This document shows positions 11,750 through 23,925 of a stretch of 64,000 bases of DNA, piece by piece (within the stretch, counting starts at the first letter, position 1; the number at the start of each line of letters is the position of its first letter). Both the position numbers and the translations under genes were made by a program. The notes under the pieces are model-generated. The model did not search any database. It was given only the letters and a program-made list of their open reading frames with translations, and had not been told where the DNA came from. The stretch spans positions 9,982,001 to 10,046,000 of the forward strand of contig CATNEN010000039.1 of the NCBI GenBank assembly GCA_950097015.1, given 5' to 3'. This DNA comes from Macrostomum hystrix. Taxonomy: Eukaryota; Animalia; Platyhelminthes.

Positions 11750-14700
11750 ATGAGCGAACAGATAAAAAAATTTTCCCAGTTGCTGCTGGGTCAAACTGCC
11801 GGCAAAATTCTAAGCGACACATATGCCCGACTTGGAGAGCTCGATCGGGTTGGCTTAGTAGGTAAGCTCATCAGGTATGCTGGCAGCCCACCCAGTACAT
11901 CAGAGATTGGTAGCTTCACCCAGCATCCAGTACATCAGAGAATGGTAGCTTTACCCAGCATCCAGTACATCAGAGATTGGTAGCTTCACCCAGTATCCAG
12001 TACATCAGAGATTGGTAGCTTCACCCAGCATCCAGTACATCAGAGATTGGTAGCTTCACCCAGCATCCAGTACATCAGAGATTGGTAGCTTCACCCAGCA
12101 TCCAGTACATCAGAGAATGGTAGCCTCACCCAGCATCCAGTACATCAGAGATTGGTAGCTTCATCCAGCATCCAGTACATCAGAGAATGGTAGATTCACC
12201 CAGAATCCAGTACATCAGAGAATGGTAGCTTCACCCAGAATCCAGTACATCAGAGATTGGTAGCTTCACCCAGAATCCAGTACATCAGAGATTGGTAGCT
12301 TCACCCAGCATCCAGTACATCAGAGATTGGTAGCTTCACCCAGCATCCAGTACATCAGAGATTGGTAGCTTCTCCCAGCATCCAGTACATCAGAGATTGG
12401 TAGCTTCACCCAGCATCAAGTACATCAGAGTATAGCTTTACCATCGAGTACACTCAATTGAGATCACATGCTTTGCTAATTTTTCGTGCCCTGAACTCAC
12501 ACATCGAAGGTCATCTACTGTTTCTGGTTATTGGGCCAGCCAAACTTGGCCGTTTAAAATCGTTCGCGGTCCGTCGATCTGCCCTAAGCGAAGCGTTGCG
12601 CGACTTCAACGAAGCTGCCATCGACGTCTGGTCGGCCAACGGTTTGTGCTTAGCAGAGTGGCCATTGAATCGTGCATCAATGTTAGTTGTCTGCTTTTAC
12701 TGCGGCTGCACTTGCCACCTGCAGCCAGTAGCCGCCGCCGCCGCCGCCGCCGCCTCCTCCGGATCTGCTGAGGTTCTATTCGACGCGGCCATTGGGCTGC
12801 ACCGAGATTCGGCTGGGAGCAGCGGGCGCAGCTGCTCATTGGCGCGCCTGCTTGAGCTCGCTGTCGGCCAAGAACCTGTCAGCGCTGCTGAGGCCAGGCG
12901 TTTGATCAACGATTTGCGTCGCCTGCGAGCTGCTCTCGATGATACGATATTGCACATGGCTTCTAGCTTTGGATTTACCGTGCGTTTCGGTTCTGCCTGT
13001 TGCTATTATCGTGTAGCTAAGATTTGTACACAATAATTGGGAGGGTATATACAATTTGGGTGCATTTATCCAAGGCTCTGGGGATTATACTCAAGGATCT
13101 GGGGATTATACTCAAGGTTCTGGGGATTATACTCAAGGTTCTGGGCATCATACTCAAGGATCTGGGTATTCTACTCAAGCATGAGGGTGTTTTACTAAAG
13201 GATCCAGGTGTTCTACTAAAGGATCCGGGTGTTCTACTAAAGGATCAGGGTGTTCTACTAAAGGATCAGGGTGTTCTACTAAAGGATCAGGGTGTTCTAC
13301 TAAAGGATCAGGGTGTTCTACTAAAGGATCAGGGTGTTCTACAGAAGGATCAGAGTATTCTACTGAAGGATCAGAGTGGTCTACTAATGGACCAGGGTGT
13401 TCTACTCAATAATTTGGGGTGTTTTATTCAAGGCTCTAGGTATTCTAATCAATAATCAGGGTGTTCAACTTAATCGTACGAGTGTTTTATTCAATGATCA
13501 GGGTGTTTTATCCAGGCATCAGGGTGTTTTATCCAAGCATCAGGATGTTTTATCCAAGCATCAGGATGTTTTATCCAAGCATCAGGTTGTTTTATCCAAG
13601 CATCAGGGTGTTTTATCCAAGCATCAGGATGTTTTATCCAAGCATCAGGATGTTTTATCCAAGCATCAGGGTGTTTTATCCAAGCATCAGGATGTTTTAT
13701 CCAAGCATCAGGGTGTTTTATCCAAGCATCAGGGTGTTTTATCCAAGCATCAGGTTGTTTTATCCAAGCATCAGGATGTTTTATCCAAGCATCAGGTTGT
13801 TTTATCCAAGCATCAGGGTGTTTTATCCAAGCATCAGGATGTTTTATCCAAGCATCAGGATGTTTTATCCAAGCATCAGGGTGTTTTATCCAAGCATCAG
13901 GATGTTTTATCCAAGCATCAGGGTGTTTTATCCAAGCATCAGGGTGTTTTATCCAAGCATCAGGATGTTTTATCCAAGCATCAGGGTGTTTTATCCAAGG
14001 ATCAGGGTGTTTTATCCAAGCATCAGGATGTTTTATCCAAGGATCAGGGTGTTTTATCCAAGCATCAGGGTGTTTTATCCAAGCATCAGGGTGTTTTATC
14101 CAAGCATCAGGGTGTTTTATCCAAGGATCAGGGTGTTTTATCCAAGCATAAGGGTGTTTTATCCAGGCATCAGGGTGTTTTATCCGAGCATCAGTGTGTT
14201 TTATCCAAGCATCAGTGTGTTTTATCCGAGCATCAGTGTGTTTTATCCAAGCATCAGGGTGTTTTATCCGAGCATCAGTGTGTTTTATCCAAGCATCAGG
14301 GATTTTTATCCAAGCATTAGGGTTTTTTATCTAAGCATCAGGGTGTTTTATCCAAGGATCAGGGTGTTTTATCCAAGGATCAGGGTGTTTTATCCAAGCA
14401 TAAGGGTGTTTTATCCAGGCATCAGGGTGTTTTATCCAGGCATCAGGGTGTTTTATCCGAGCATCAGTGTGTTTTATCCAAGCATCAGGGATTTTTATCC
14501 AAGCATTAGGGTTTTTTATCTAAGCATCAGGGTGTTTTATCCAAGCATCAGGGTGTTTTATCCAAGGATCAGGGTGTTTTATCTAAGGATTAGGGTGTTT
14601 TATCTAAGGATGAGGGTGTTTTATCCAAGCATCAGGGTGTTTTATCTAAGGATGAGGGTGTTTTATCCAATGATCAGGGTGTTTTATCCAAGCATCAGGG

Positions 14701-16387
14701 TGTTTTATCCAAGCATCAGGGTGTTTTATCCAATGATCAGGGTGTTTTATCCAATCGTCAGGGTGTTTTATCCAATGATCAGGGTGTTTTATCCAAGGAT
14801 CAGGGTGTTTTATCCAAGCATCAGGGTGTTTTATCCAAGGATCAGGGTGTTTTATCCAAGCATCAGGGTGTTTTATCTAAGGATGAGGGTGTTTTATCCA
14901 ATGATCCGGGTGTTTTATCCAAGGATCAGGGTGTTTTATCCAAGGATCAGGGTGTCCTACTCATGGATCAGGGCGTTGTACTCAAGGAGCAGGGTGTTTT
15001 ATCCAAGGATCAAGGTGTTCTACTTAAGGATCAGGGTGTTTTATCTAAGGATGAGGGTGTTTTATCCAAGCATCAGGGTGTTTTATCCAATGATCAGGGT
15101 GTTTTATCCAATCGTCAGGGTGTTTTATCCAATGATCAGGGTGTTTTATCCAAGGATCAGGGTGTTTTATCCAAGCATCAGGGTGTTTTATCCAAGGATC
15201 AGGGTGTTTTATCCAAGCATCAGGGTGTTTTATCTAAGGATGAGGGTGTTTTATCCAATGATCCGGGTGTTTTATCCAAGGATCAGGGTGTCCTACTCAT
15301 GGATCAGGGCGTTGTAATCAAGGAGCAGGGTGTTTTATCCAAGGATCAAGGTGTTCTACTCAAGGATCAGGGTGTTTTATCTAAGGATTAGGGTGTTTTA
15401 TCTAAGGATGAGGGTGTTTTATCCAAGGATTAGGGTGTTTTATCTAAGGATCAGGGTGTTTTATCTAAGGATTAGGGTGTTTTATCCAATGATCAGGGTG
15501 TTTTATCCAAGGATTAGGGTGTTTTATCTAAGGATCAGGGTGTTTTATCCAAGGATCAGGGTGTTTTATCCAAGGATCAGGGTGTCCTACTCATGGATCA
15601 GGGCGTTGTACTCAAGGAGCAGGGTGTTTTATCCAAGGATCAGGGTGTTTTATCTAATCATCAGGGTGTTTTATCCAAGGATTAGGGTGTTTTATCCAAG
15701 GATCAGGGTGTTTTATCCAAGGATCAGGGTGTTTTATCCAATCATCAGGGTGTTTTATCCAAGGATTAGGGTGTTTTATCCAAGGATCAGGGTGTTTTAT
15801 CCAAGGATCAGGGTGTCCTACTCATGGATTAGGGTGTTGTACTCAAGGAGCAGGGTGTTATTTTCGATTGCTGCTAATCCCCCCTGCAGCTGAACACACT
15901 TCGGCTGGGCATTGCTCGCCAGTTCTTTGCGGATAAGCTCATTGGCGTGTCTTCTGACGTATTCGGCGGCTCAGTGACTTCGCTGCCCAGTCTTCGACCT
16001 GGCGACATTATAGCCTTAGCCTACAAGCACTGCTCACCGGATGATTTAGACCAATTCGATATTATGCAGCTAATCGATGCTGCTCTATTTGACGGGCCTG
16101 CTATTGCTCAGCAGCAGCAGCAGCAGCAGCAGCAGTCAGCTAGCTTCATAAGTAACTCGCCTCAATTTTCGCCATCGTCCATCCTGGCCATGACAGTGTC
16201 CGTTGACATTGCTCCGACACTAGCCGACTCCGACGAGAAGTGCATCGCATGCCGGCTGCGCACTAGGAATCGGGTGGCACTGCCCTGCGCTCACTTTGTG
16301 TCCTGCGAGCGCTGCCTGGAGTCAGCCGGGGCTTGCCAGCGCTGCCGGTCAACAGTCATGGCCAGTCTGGTAGCCTACATCACTTGA
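11750..16387 (+). CDS. Divergent inhibitor-of-apoptosis (IAP)-like protein: BIR-like domain, UBA-like segment, C-terminal RING
   Basis: Exons 11750-11861, 12540-12979, 15890-16387 (intron phases 1 and 0, GT-AG). BIR-like RLKSF...WSANGL...VVCFYCG...H...C. Terminal IAP-type RING CIAC...LPCAHFVSCERC...CQRCR. Confidence 0.72.
11892..12432. repeat. 35-bp minisatellite in IAP intron 1
   Basis: (CCAGTACATCAGAGATTGGTAGCTTCACCCAGCAT)n, about 15 units. Confidence 0.96.
13060..15860. repeat. 21-bp minisatellite in IAP intron 2
   Basis: (GGGTGTTTTATCCAAG(C/G)ATCA)n, about 130 units with graded variants and recurring variant blocks. Confidence 0.97.
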
Positions 16388-16499
16388 GGCGGATTTTGAC
16401 GCTTGCGGGGGTTGAATGCTAATTTTGCATTGACAGCAGCTTAGTGAGATGAGTAAATGAGTCAGTGAATGCCAGTGAATGCGTGAGTGCACGGCAGAG

Positions 16500-16700
16500 G
16501 GTGGGTCAGGCGAGTGTTATCACTGTCGCACCAAACTTGACCCACAAGACCCAACTGACACTAAAACCGCAGCCAGCGATTTATGGATAGCACGCGCTCA
16601 CACAGGTGTGTATACTCGTATCTGCCCTGACTTTCTCACCGTCAGGCAGTGTACACTTTAGAGGTTGTCCATCGAAGGCGTAAATTGCACGACAAGCCTT
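16500..16700 (-). mobile_element. SINE-like element, family B, copy 2 (partial)
   Basis: Reverse complement reads GGCTTGTCGTGCAATTTACGCC...GTGTACACTGCCTGACGGTGAGAAAGTCAGGGCAGAT, matching the 2130 copy. Confidence 0.65.
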
Positions 16701-16932
16701 CACTCTTCGCTCTGCAACTCATCTTCTTGTACTCTGTGGAATTTGAAAAAATTCGCTTTATTGTGGTGATTGTTGGGTTTCTGGTCAATAATTGTTAACG
16801 TTTTTGCTATCAAATTGAAACAATTGCCTTCGCGGTGTGAGGTGAGCAGTGTCGTTTATTTGAGAATTATTAAATTTCGTCGTTGCCAGATTCTACTATT
16901 TTCCTATATTTAACTCAATAAAAAGTTTAAAA

Positions 16933-17176
16933 AGATATGAGAATGTCTGTTCTGGGACACCATGTTTTTCCGCATTTGGACATTTGACTAATTCATTTAA
17001 ACAATAACCCGTCCTTGGTAAAATCTAATAAAAAACTGCATTTCCAGAAACTTTTGCTAACTAGCATATAACACTTTCCGCCTTTTACAATAACCGAATT
17101 AACTTTATACTGCTATGAGCCACGGCCGAAAGCTAGTGAAAAAACATGGTGTCCCAGAACAGGCATACTCACATCT
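16933..17176. mobile_element. MITE-like foldback element with about 37-bp TIRs
   Basis: AGATATGAGAATGTCTGTTCTGGGACACCATGTTTTT at the left end matches the reverse complement of the right end with 3 mismatches. No coding interior. TSD not clear. Confidence 0.7.
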
Positions 17177-17214
17177 GCTTTACCTTCAACAGAACTTAAT
17201 GCTTTTATTTTATC

Positions 17215-17488
17215 TCACGACTTGATGGTCGGGGGTTCGATTCCCGACTCCACTGGAACAATTTGTGTCCTTTAGCAAGACACTTAACTCTGCATTGCTT
17301 CAGTTCACCCAGCTGTTAAATGGGTTCCAGCAGTAACTGGGATAATTGAAGGTGGGTGTGGCGTCCCCCCCCCAGTCCATGGACTGAACAGCTGTACGCA
17401 GCCTTCACATGCGCCGCGCATTAGCTGCGGCTGTGCTGTCGGCTGCACATCTGACTTAATTGGGGCAGGTGTACTCAATTATTACTTA
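17215..17488 (+). mobile_element. tRNA-derived CORE-SINE, family A, copy 1 (5'-truncated)
   Basis: B box GGTTCGATTCCC, then TGTGTCCTTTAGCAAGACACTTAACTCTGCATTGCTTCAGTTCACCCAGCTGTTAAATGGG, which resembles the MIR/CORE domain. Similar copies at 41.2 and 53.3 kb. Confidence 0.82.
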
Positions 17489-17503
17489 GAAATGCTTTAG
17501 CCA

Positions 17504-20500
17504 ATGAACGATAGAATAACGGTGAGTAAAAAAAGCCAGCCAATCAGTAGCTCCCACCACGTGTCTTGCGTGTCTTGCGGTTTCAGCATTCGCAGCAGCC
17601 GGAGTCGCAGCGGCAGTGCCACTGCTGCCAGACCTGCGGTAGCGAAGATGTGCGCCAAGTTGGCGAAAGTCTGGTGTGCTGCGCCTGCGGTGCGGTCCTA
17701 GCCGACTCCAGCCAGCGCTTGGAGACCTTCTCGCAGTCGTTGGTGACGGCTCTGGTATCTGGCGCTCGACTCAAAGCTGTAGCCTCTGCGGCCAATGTTC
17801 GCTATTCATCTTCTCAGCCTCTGATGCCGCCGCCAAAGACTCCGCAGCAGCAGCAGCAGGGATTACACGTCTCTCACTCGCAGCCCTTGTTTCCTTTAGC
17901 CGGAAATGCTAGCAGTGTTGGTGCAACAGCTGAAGGCGCCACAGAAGTCCAGCCAGCTAGTATTAATAGAAAACGAAAACGAGATGAGGCTTGCAGCTAC
18001 ACTCTATCGGAGTTGTATCAGGTATTATCAAGCTTAGCTTAGTAATCTCTTTTAGACTAGGAAACAATAGCCGATAACAATCTGTGAGACCGAGAATTCC
18101 CTATGAGAACAGATTATACACTGCCAAATAGAAGTTTTTTAAGTGTAGTTGGAATATTTATGACAGCGAAACCACTGGAGCCCTAGCTAAGTATATTACA
18201 GAAATAACTACGATCAGAGAAAAGCTGGCCTGAAGCCTAGGTATTGTTGTTATTATATTGTTATTTTAATACGTGCACTATCATAGTAACTTAACAAAAC
18301 GTTGTTTTTTTCTGGTGGCAGCGGTGGGATGACAAATTCATACGATTATAAATGCGCTATTCGTGCAGGTAATCCTGAGCAGCCAGGCGGACGCGTTAAT
18401 TCAGTTGGGTGCCGCCCCCGCCGCTGAATTTCGGTCCGGTCTGTTCCGCCTCTGGTGCCTGTATTTGAGTTGCACTCGCGAGGCTTTTGATGGGCCGCCT
18501 CCTGCTGCCGCTGCTTCTTCCAGTTCTGGCGCTAATCCAAAGCCGGCTAAAGGCTGGGGTGGGCTAATCTTACCTGAGCTAGGTGATTCGTTATTTTTTA
18601 TTCTATTAGATTAAATTTCACCTGTAAGTAAAGTTTAGTTTATTAATTTCCATAGGAAGCGGCGGCGGCGGCCGGGGTCGCACAGTTCGGCAGAAACGCA
18701 TGCGTCCAGATCGCATCGCCGACACCGACATGGCCGACACCCTGGCTCAACTGAGCGCGGCTGGCGGCGACCTGCGCGACCTGGGATTGGCTAGAGGGTG
18801 AGGCGGTCTGTTGCCCTTTTATATACCTTTAGTAATTACATAAAAGGGTAATTTAACATGAGCTAACTAATATATATATTGGGTTAATCCACAGTTAAGA
18901 GTAGGACTACCAGGCCATTTTGCCGCCCGTTTTTGTACCAAAGGGGTGAATTCCCCCCTGAAATTTATTTTGGCAGCGCCTGAATGCCAACAGCTTTGGG
19001 TGGTGACTGATTGGTTGACAGACTAGACGATTTTGAAATTGGATAAATTCGCGTCAGGTGTCCATAGTAGCCTATTTCCACCTGTTGTAGCCCTTGAAGG
19101 TCCAGAAAATCCGTCTAGATAAAGTTAGGTGACCACCGAAGACGGAGATGATGCAGGCACGTTCAGGTGACATGCTGATCAATTTTGAAGGCCTGGCAAG
19201 ACCGCACAGAGTCGCAGTGCTAAGTCGTGTATAGGGATGTATGAAATACACTAGCTCTTATGGGGAAAATCCGACATTCGGCCAGAAACATTGAATAACT
19301 TGACGGTCTGAAGAGCTGGCGACTTTGTTTATTGGTTCAGAAGATGCGCAACAAAAATTAGGCCATTGTTCTTGAGTTTCGTGTGCTTGCGTTGCTCCCT
19401 CCTGGGTGTAGCACAAAAAATTCAAAGGGGTAATTCCTCCCAAAGGTAGTTCTACTGTTATGGGTCTAGGCCAGGGGTCGGCAACCTTATATACCCCGCT
19501 GGCTAAAGAGAGAATCTTAAAGACAACGGTGGGTCGCATGAAGAAAGGGGAGAGATGAGACACAGGAGAGATGAGACAGGTGAGAGATGAGACGGGGGTG
19601 ACAAGACGCAAGAGAGATGAGACAGGGGAGATAAGACGCAAGAGAGATGAGACGGGGGAGATAAGACGCAAGAGAGATGAGATAGGGTGTACTGTAGAAT
19701 AGGTGTTAGGAGGAGCTAAGGGCCGGATTTGGGAGCTTCGAGGGCCGCATCTGGCCCGCGGGCCGGAGTTTGCCGACCCCTGGTCTAGGCAAAACAAACG
19801 CATATTTAAAGTCTATAGATTTGTTTTTTATTTCTTATCAGAGCCGCCTACTGCTTATTCGCATAAGCCTTCTTAAAGTAATTTAATTCTATGAGACTGC
19901 GGTTAAAAATAATCAGAACTTATCGTGGAATCTAAATCCTAATGCTAGAGTCGATCTCGTTTACGTTTCGCTGTACCCTATAAATATTACTGAAAGTAGG
20001 ATGTACGCATTACATTATTTTCTATACCTCCACAGACAAGAATCTGATGATTCAGACGCCGACTTCTTCACGAATATCACCGACGACAACGACAACGACG
20101 ACGATTCTGATGATTTTGAGGGCCGCTCGCTGACTTCACAATCGGTTGCTCGCTCGTTACAGCGACTGAAGCGTCACAATGCTGATGAGTTCGCCGCTTC
20201 GCTGAAGTCACCTGGCCTGCGGTCCGAGTTCCGTGCTTGCCAGCTGGCCTCACCTGGACAGCCGCTTCTGCGCGCCCGCTTGGCCGGCCAGAAGCTGAAT
20301 GAAACCAACCTGGCCCTGCTCTACCTCGCCTGCCAGCTGGAGTCCCCGGCAGCGTCGCCAATCTCGTGCCTGTCGCACCTGTTGGAATTGGTTGCCACAG
20401 GCCGGCTGCCGTATTTTGACGCATTGCGCCGACTACCGGAGCGGTATTGCGTCACGGAGCCGGGAGTGGCAGCTATGCTGAGACGGTCTTCGGCACCCAG

Positions 20501-21898
20501 GTGCGTTTGCAATGGTCCGTTGTGATTGGGCGCATCTCGGTCGGAACCGATTGCTTATTCCTCTAAACTGTTTGATCTTTCAGATATGACTCTCTAGTTG
20601 AGATCGTGTCCCGGCTGAGCGATCTTCTCGGCATTCAGATATTTCCTCGTCATCGCTTCTTCACCATCTGTTCGTATGTCATCAATCGAATGGGTCTGCC
20701 AGAGCAGCTGCTATCGTTCGTATCTCGACTGGCGATCCGGTTGCTAAGCAACTATTCCGCTAGGCATCCTCTTAGCAACCAAAGCGTCAGCTGCTTTGAA
20801 ATCAAAGTCGCAAAATCGACCGTGTACTTTGAGGCTGACAAGCTGGCGATTAGTCTGGTGCTTCTGGCACTCTGCTACTTGTGTGGCATTGGCTGTCCTG
20901 AATCATTGGACGATCAACCTGTTGATCTTGATCACCATGGCGATAGTGAGCCAACAGACAAGGCTGAGGACTATGCTACCAATGATACTGACAACGAGGT
21001 TGACGATTGCGAAGAATCCGATGTGTCAAGCACAAGTTCTAGCTCCTCAACTGACAGCGCGGGCGAAGTCACAGATGATTACGATGAAGATGATCACTCA
21101 GATGCTCAAGTTGAGGATGATTTTAAACTGGACTTGTCGAATTGCACACGAGAAGAACATATCGACAAATCGAGTGCTGACGTCTTTCAGTTTGAGAATA
21201 CTCAAAAGCTATCACCATCATTCTCACCGTGCAAAGAGCAGGATGAACTATCAAAAGTTGGACCATCAAAGTCGCAGTGTACACCAGAAGCTGACAAAGA
21301 ATCATTGTTCGACTACACCTCCTGGTTCGGCGATTATCGCTCCGGTGTGCAGTCTGCGCGCATTTGCGACCGACCTGCCTGGTACCCGGACTATCTGGCC
21401 TGGGCGGACAGCCTTCTGCCTTCTGACGGTTCGAATTCGGCGACTGCTGAAGTCGGCGGCGACGACTGGCCGGCCGAGACTCGAGCCGAACTCGGTCAGC
21501 CGAGCGTCTGGCGTCGGCCAGAGCTGCGAGACGCCGTAGCGGCGCCGCTGCGCGAATTCTTGCGCCGTCGACAGGATAAGGATCCACCATCGGCGCAGAC
21601 AGCGTGCAGACGAAATTTCCGACTAGCTAAATTCTCGCAGCTGCTGACGGCTCATGCAGACAGTAGCGACGTTGTCGACGACTTGTCGCCGTTTCTTGTC
21701 AACGGATCAGCCGATTGCCGCTGTCCTCGTCGTCTTCGTCGCTTAATCGACACTGTCCGGCTCGACTTTCGGGTGGCCTTCCGTCGCGACAGTTTCCTAC
21801 AGTTCATGCGACGCTTTGACAGCATACTTAGGTGCCCGATCCCGGAGTCGGGGCGATTTTTTCGAAATAAGTCGCTTGAAACGCTGCATCTTAGCTGA
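17504..21898 (+). CDS. TAF1B: RNA polymerase I initiation factor TAF1B/RRN7-like
   Basis: Exons 17504-17521, 17587-18021, 18369-about 18582 (donor uncertain), 18656-18797, 20036-20500, 20584-21898, phases compatible. N-terminal Zn ribbon CQTC...CCACG, YQVILSSQADALIQLG...LWCLYL and LALLYLAC...GRLPYF are TAF1B-like. Confidence 0.72.
19472..19782. mobile_element. Non-autonomous hAT element (311 bp)
   Basis: TIRs CAGGGGTCGGCAA / TTGCCGACCCCTG and a perfect 8-bp TSD GTCTAGGC (19464-19471, 19783-19790). Short internal purine-rich repeat. Confidence 0.92.
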
Positions 21899-22516
21899 AT
21901 GCTTCGCAAAGTGCGAACGACCTTTGTAGTTCCCGGTCGTATCTGTTCTCAACTTTAGCTTTTTTACCTGTGGCAGTGCGGACAGTTTTTTGTCTGCGAA
22001 AACACAGTTGAACGAATTGCATTCTCAACCTCTGTTAGAACTTCTGTCATGTTTTTCAGCATGTTTTTTTAATTCGATTCAGCAATCTTTAATAAGTTTT
22101 ATTCGAAGCATCGTCTTGATGACATTTGCACTTTAATGCGGATAATAAATTAAAGCATGTTAACTCTTTCAACGTTGAAAAATACAACAGTTATTTTTAA
22201 AGTTAATTTCTATAATATTGGCATGACATTGATGTCTTTGTATTTTAACTAAGTTATAATAATATTTACTTTCTTTACTATAATATAATAATTTAGACTA
22301 CTATACTAGAGAAAACAGTTGTCACATTACTTTTATATTTAGGAAAAGCTAAAATCTAATAAACTAAAACTCCAATGTATTTCATGCGAAACTTCTTCCG
22401 ATTCTATTAGTTATTTTAATTTACATCGCTTCGAACTTACTTTCTGTGAGATGTGTGGTAAGTTCTGTGGTTTATGTCTTAATCCTAATCTTCTGGCCCC
22501 ATTCAATTAAATTATT

Positions 22517-22785
22517 TAATTGTACCATGACTACGTGGCTATCGGGCGGGCTGATATTCGATTATTGCCATAGACGATGTCATTTTGGCCCGAAAAGTTG
22601 GGCCGATAATGGATTATTTTTGTGTATTTTAACGTATAGCCACATACTATAAGCCACATAGTCTATGGTACAATCACAGTATTACCCAGGCTTTGCGGGC
22701 GATAATGAGAAATCCCTCGGGCGCCTTCGGCGCCCTCTGGCTTTCCCATTATCGCCCTGAAAGCCTGGGTAATAATATACTATTA
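22517..22785. mobile_element. Non-autonomous element with asymmetric inverted repeat plus long terminal hairpin (Helentron/HINE- or Crypton-like)
   Basis: 22519-22540 is inverted at 22652-22674. A hairpin with about 46-bp arms and a TTC loop spans 22680-22774. The superfamily is a guess. Confidence 0.55.
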
Positions 22786-23589
22786 TTAAACGGAACGTAG
22801 ACAGTTTAAACCATAGACACAGATTCCACACTTAAAAGAATATAATTAAACACCCAATGAAAAACAATCAGATTTTATATGCGTTCGGCCTATGAGCGAC
22901 CCAAGTCGTTTTATGCTCGCGTTTAGTAGATTTCTACTATTGTCTATGGACAAGACCATCTAAGATAGTCATGCAAGCAGTCCGCTCAATCTCGGCTTTT
23001 CTTGCTTATATGTCTATGGCCACGAGGGAGCGCTACCTTCGCAGATAGGCTGACCCGACAGCTCAGCTGTGTCCAGTTATTCTTGCAATTTCGGGGTGGC
23101 CAACGCCACAATACGGCACAATTATGCATAAATGCTCATTTTTCGCACGAGCCTGTGCGCGAATACACGTGGATGCAGGACGGATTAAGAAAACTGCTGT
23201 AAGGTGCCCATTAATCGATGTCGCTCGCACTTAGAGATTCTATTCGCTTCAGAAAGAGCTGCAGTCTCAATCGTCTTACGCATGCTGCGATGCATCAATT
23301 CCTTCTGCAATTGATTATATATGGATGCACATTACGATCATGATAGCAATGATACTATAGCAATTAACAATTTCATGAAGCCTGTTGCGCACGAAACTTA
23401 ACCGCATGGCATTTTTCGAATCTTTGGACTACAACCTTCCCATACAAACCTATGAAAGCATAGAATACGCTCATATAAAGTACATGGATATTGTGCCGTA
23501 AATTTTCTATGAGGACTTTACACATGCCTCTGCAACACAGTTCTTGCTCTTATCGACATATTCAAAGCAAAGCTTCGAAGCCACTGAGC

Positions 23590-23925
23590 ACTGCGTGTCT
23601 GCGTGTCGCTCAGAAGTAGAAAATAAAGTCCATTTTCTCTTCAAGTGTCGCTGGAGTCCATACAGTCCATACAGTTCAAGCAGGGAGACATTTTTACAAT
23701 AAATATCGGCCTCTGTGCCAAACTTTGGAAACCTAACTGAAGACGACAAGTGTATATCTACCTAATGGTACAAGAAAGTAAAGGACTGACAGGAAAACTA
23801 GCGTTTTCATAAAAGGACAATTTCAAATTTTACAAAGCGCACAGCTGCCCTGATTAGATCTATGCTTCACTTTGGCATGACAACGCGATGATAGTACAAT
23901 GTATATGATATATCCAATAATAAAG
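23590..23925 (+). mobile_element. Decayed LINE ORF2 3' fragment
   Basis: Translates CVSACRSEVENKVHFLFKC...PNFGNLTEDDK, a CCHC-type C-terminus seen in L2/Daphne-like ORF2, with stops and frameshifts. AATAATAAA follows near 23917. Confidence 0.55.

Noticed and set aside
13024-15893. ORFs up to 618 aa (VFYPSIR / VLSKHQG repeats)
   Set aside because: Minisatellite in IAP intron 2. The flanking exons join in phase without it.
18879-19460. Possible older TIR element next to the hAT MITE (AGTAGGACTACC / GGTAGTTCTACT)
   Set aside because: Only a short imperfect inverted match, with no definable ends or TSD.
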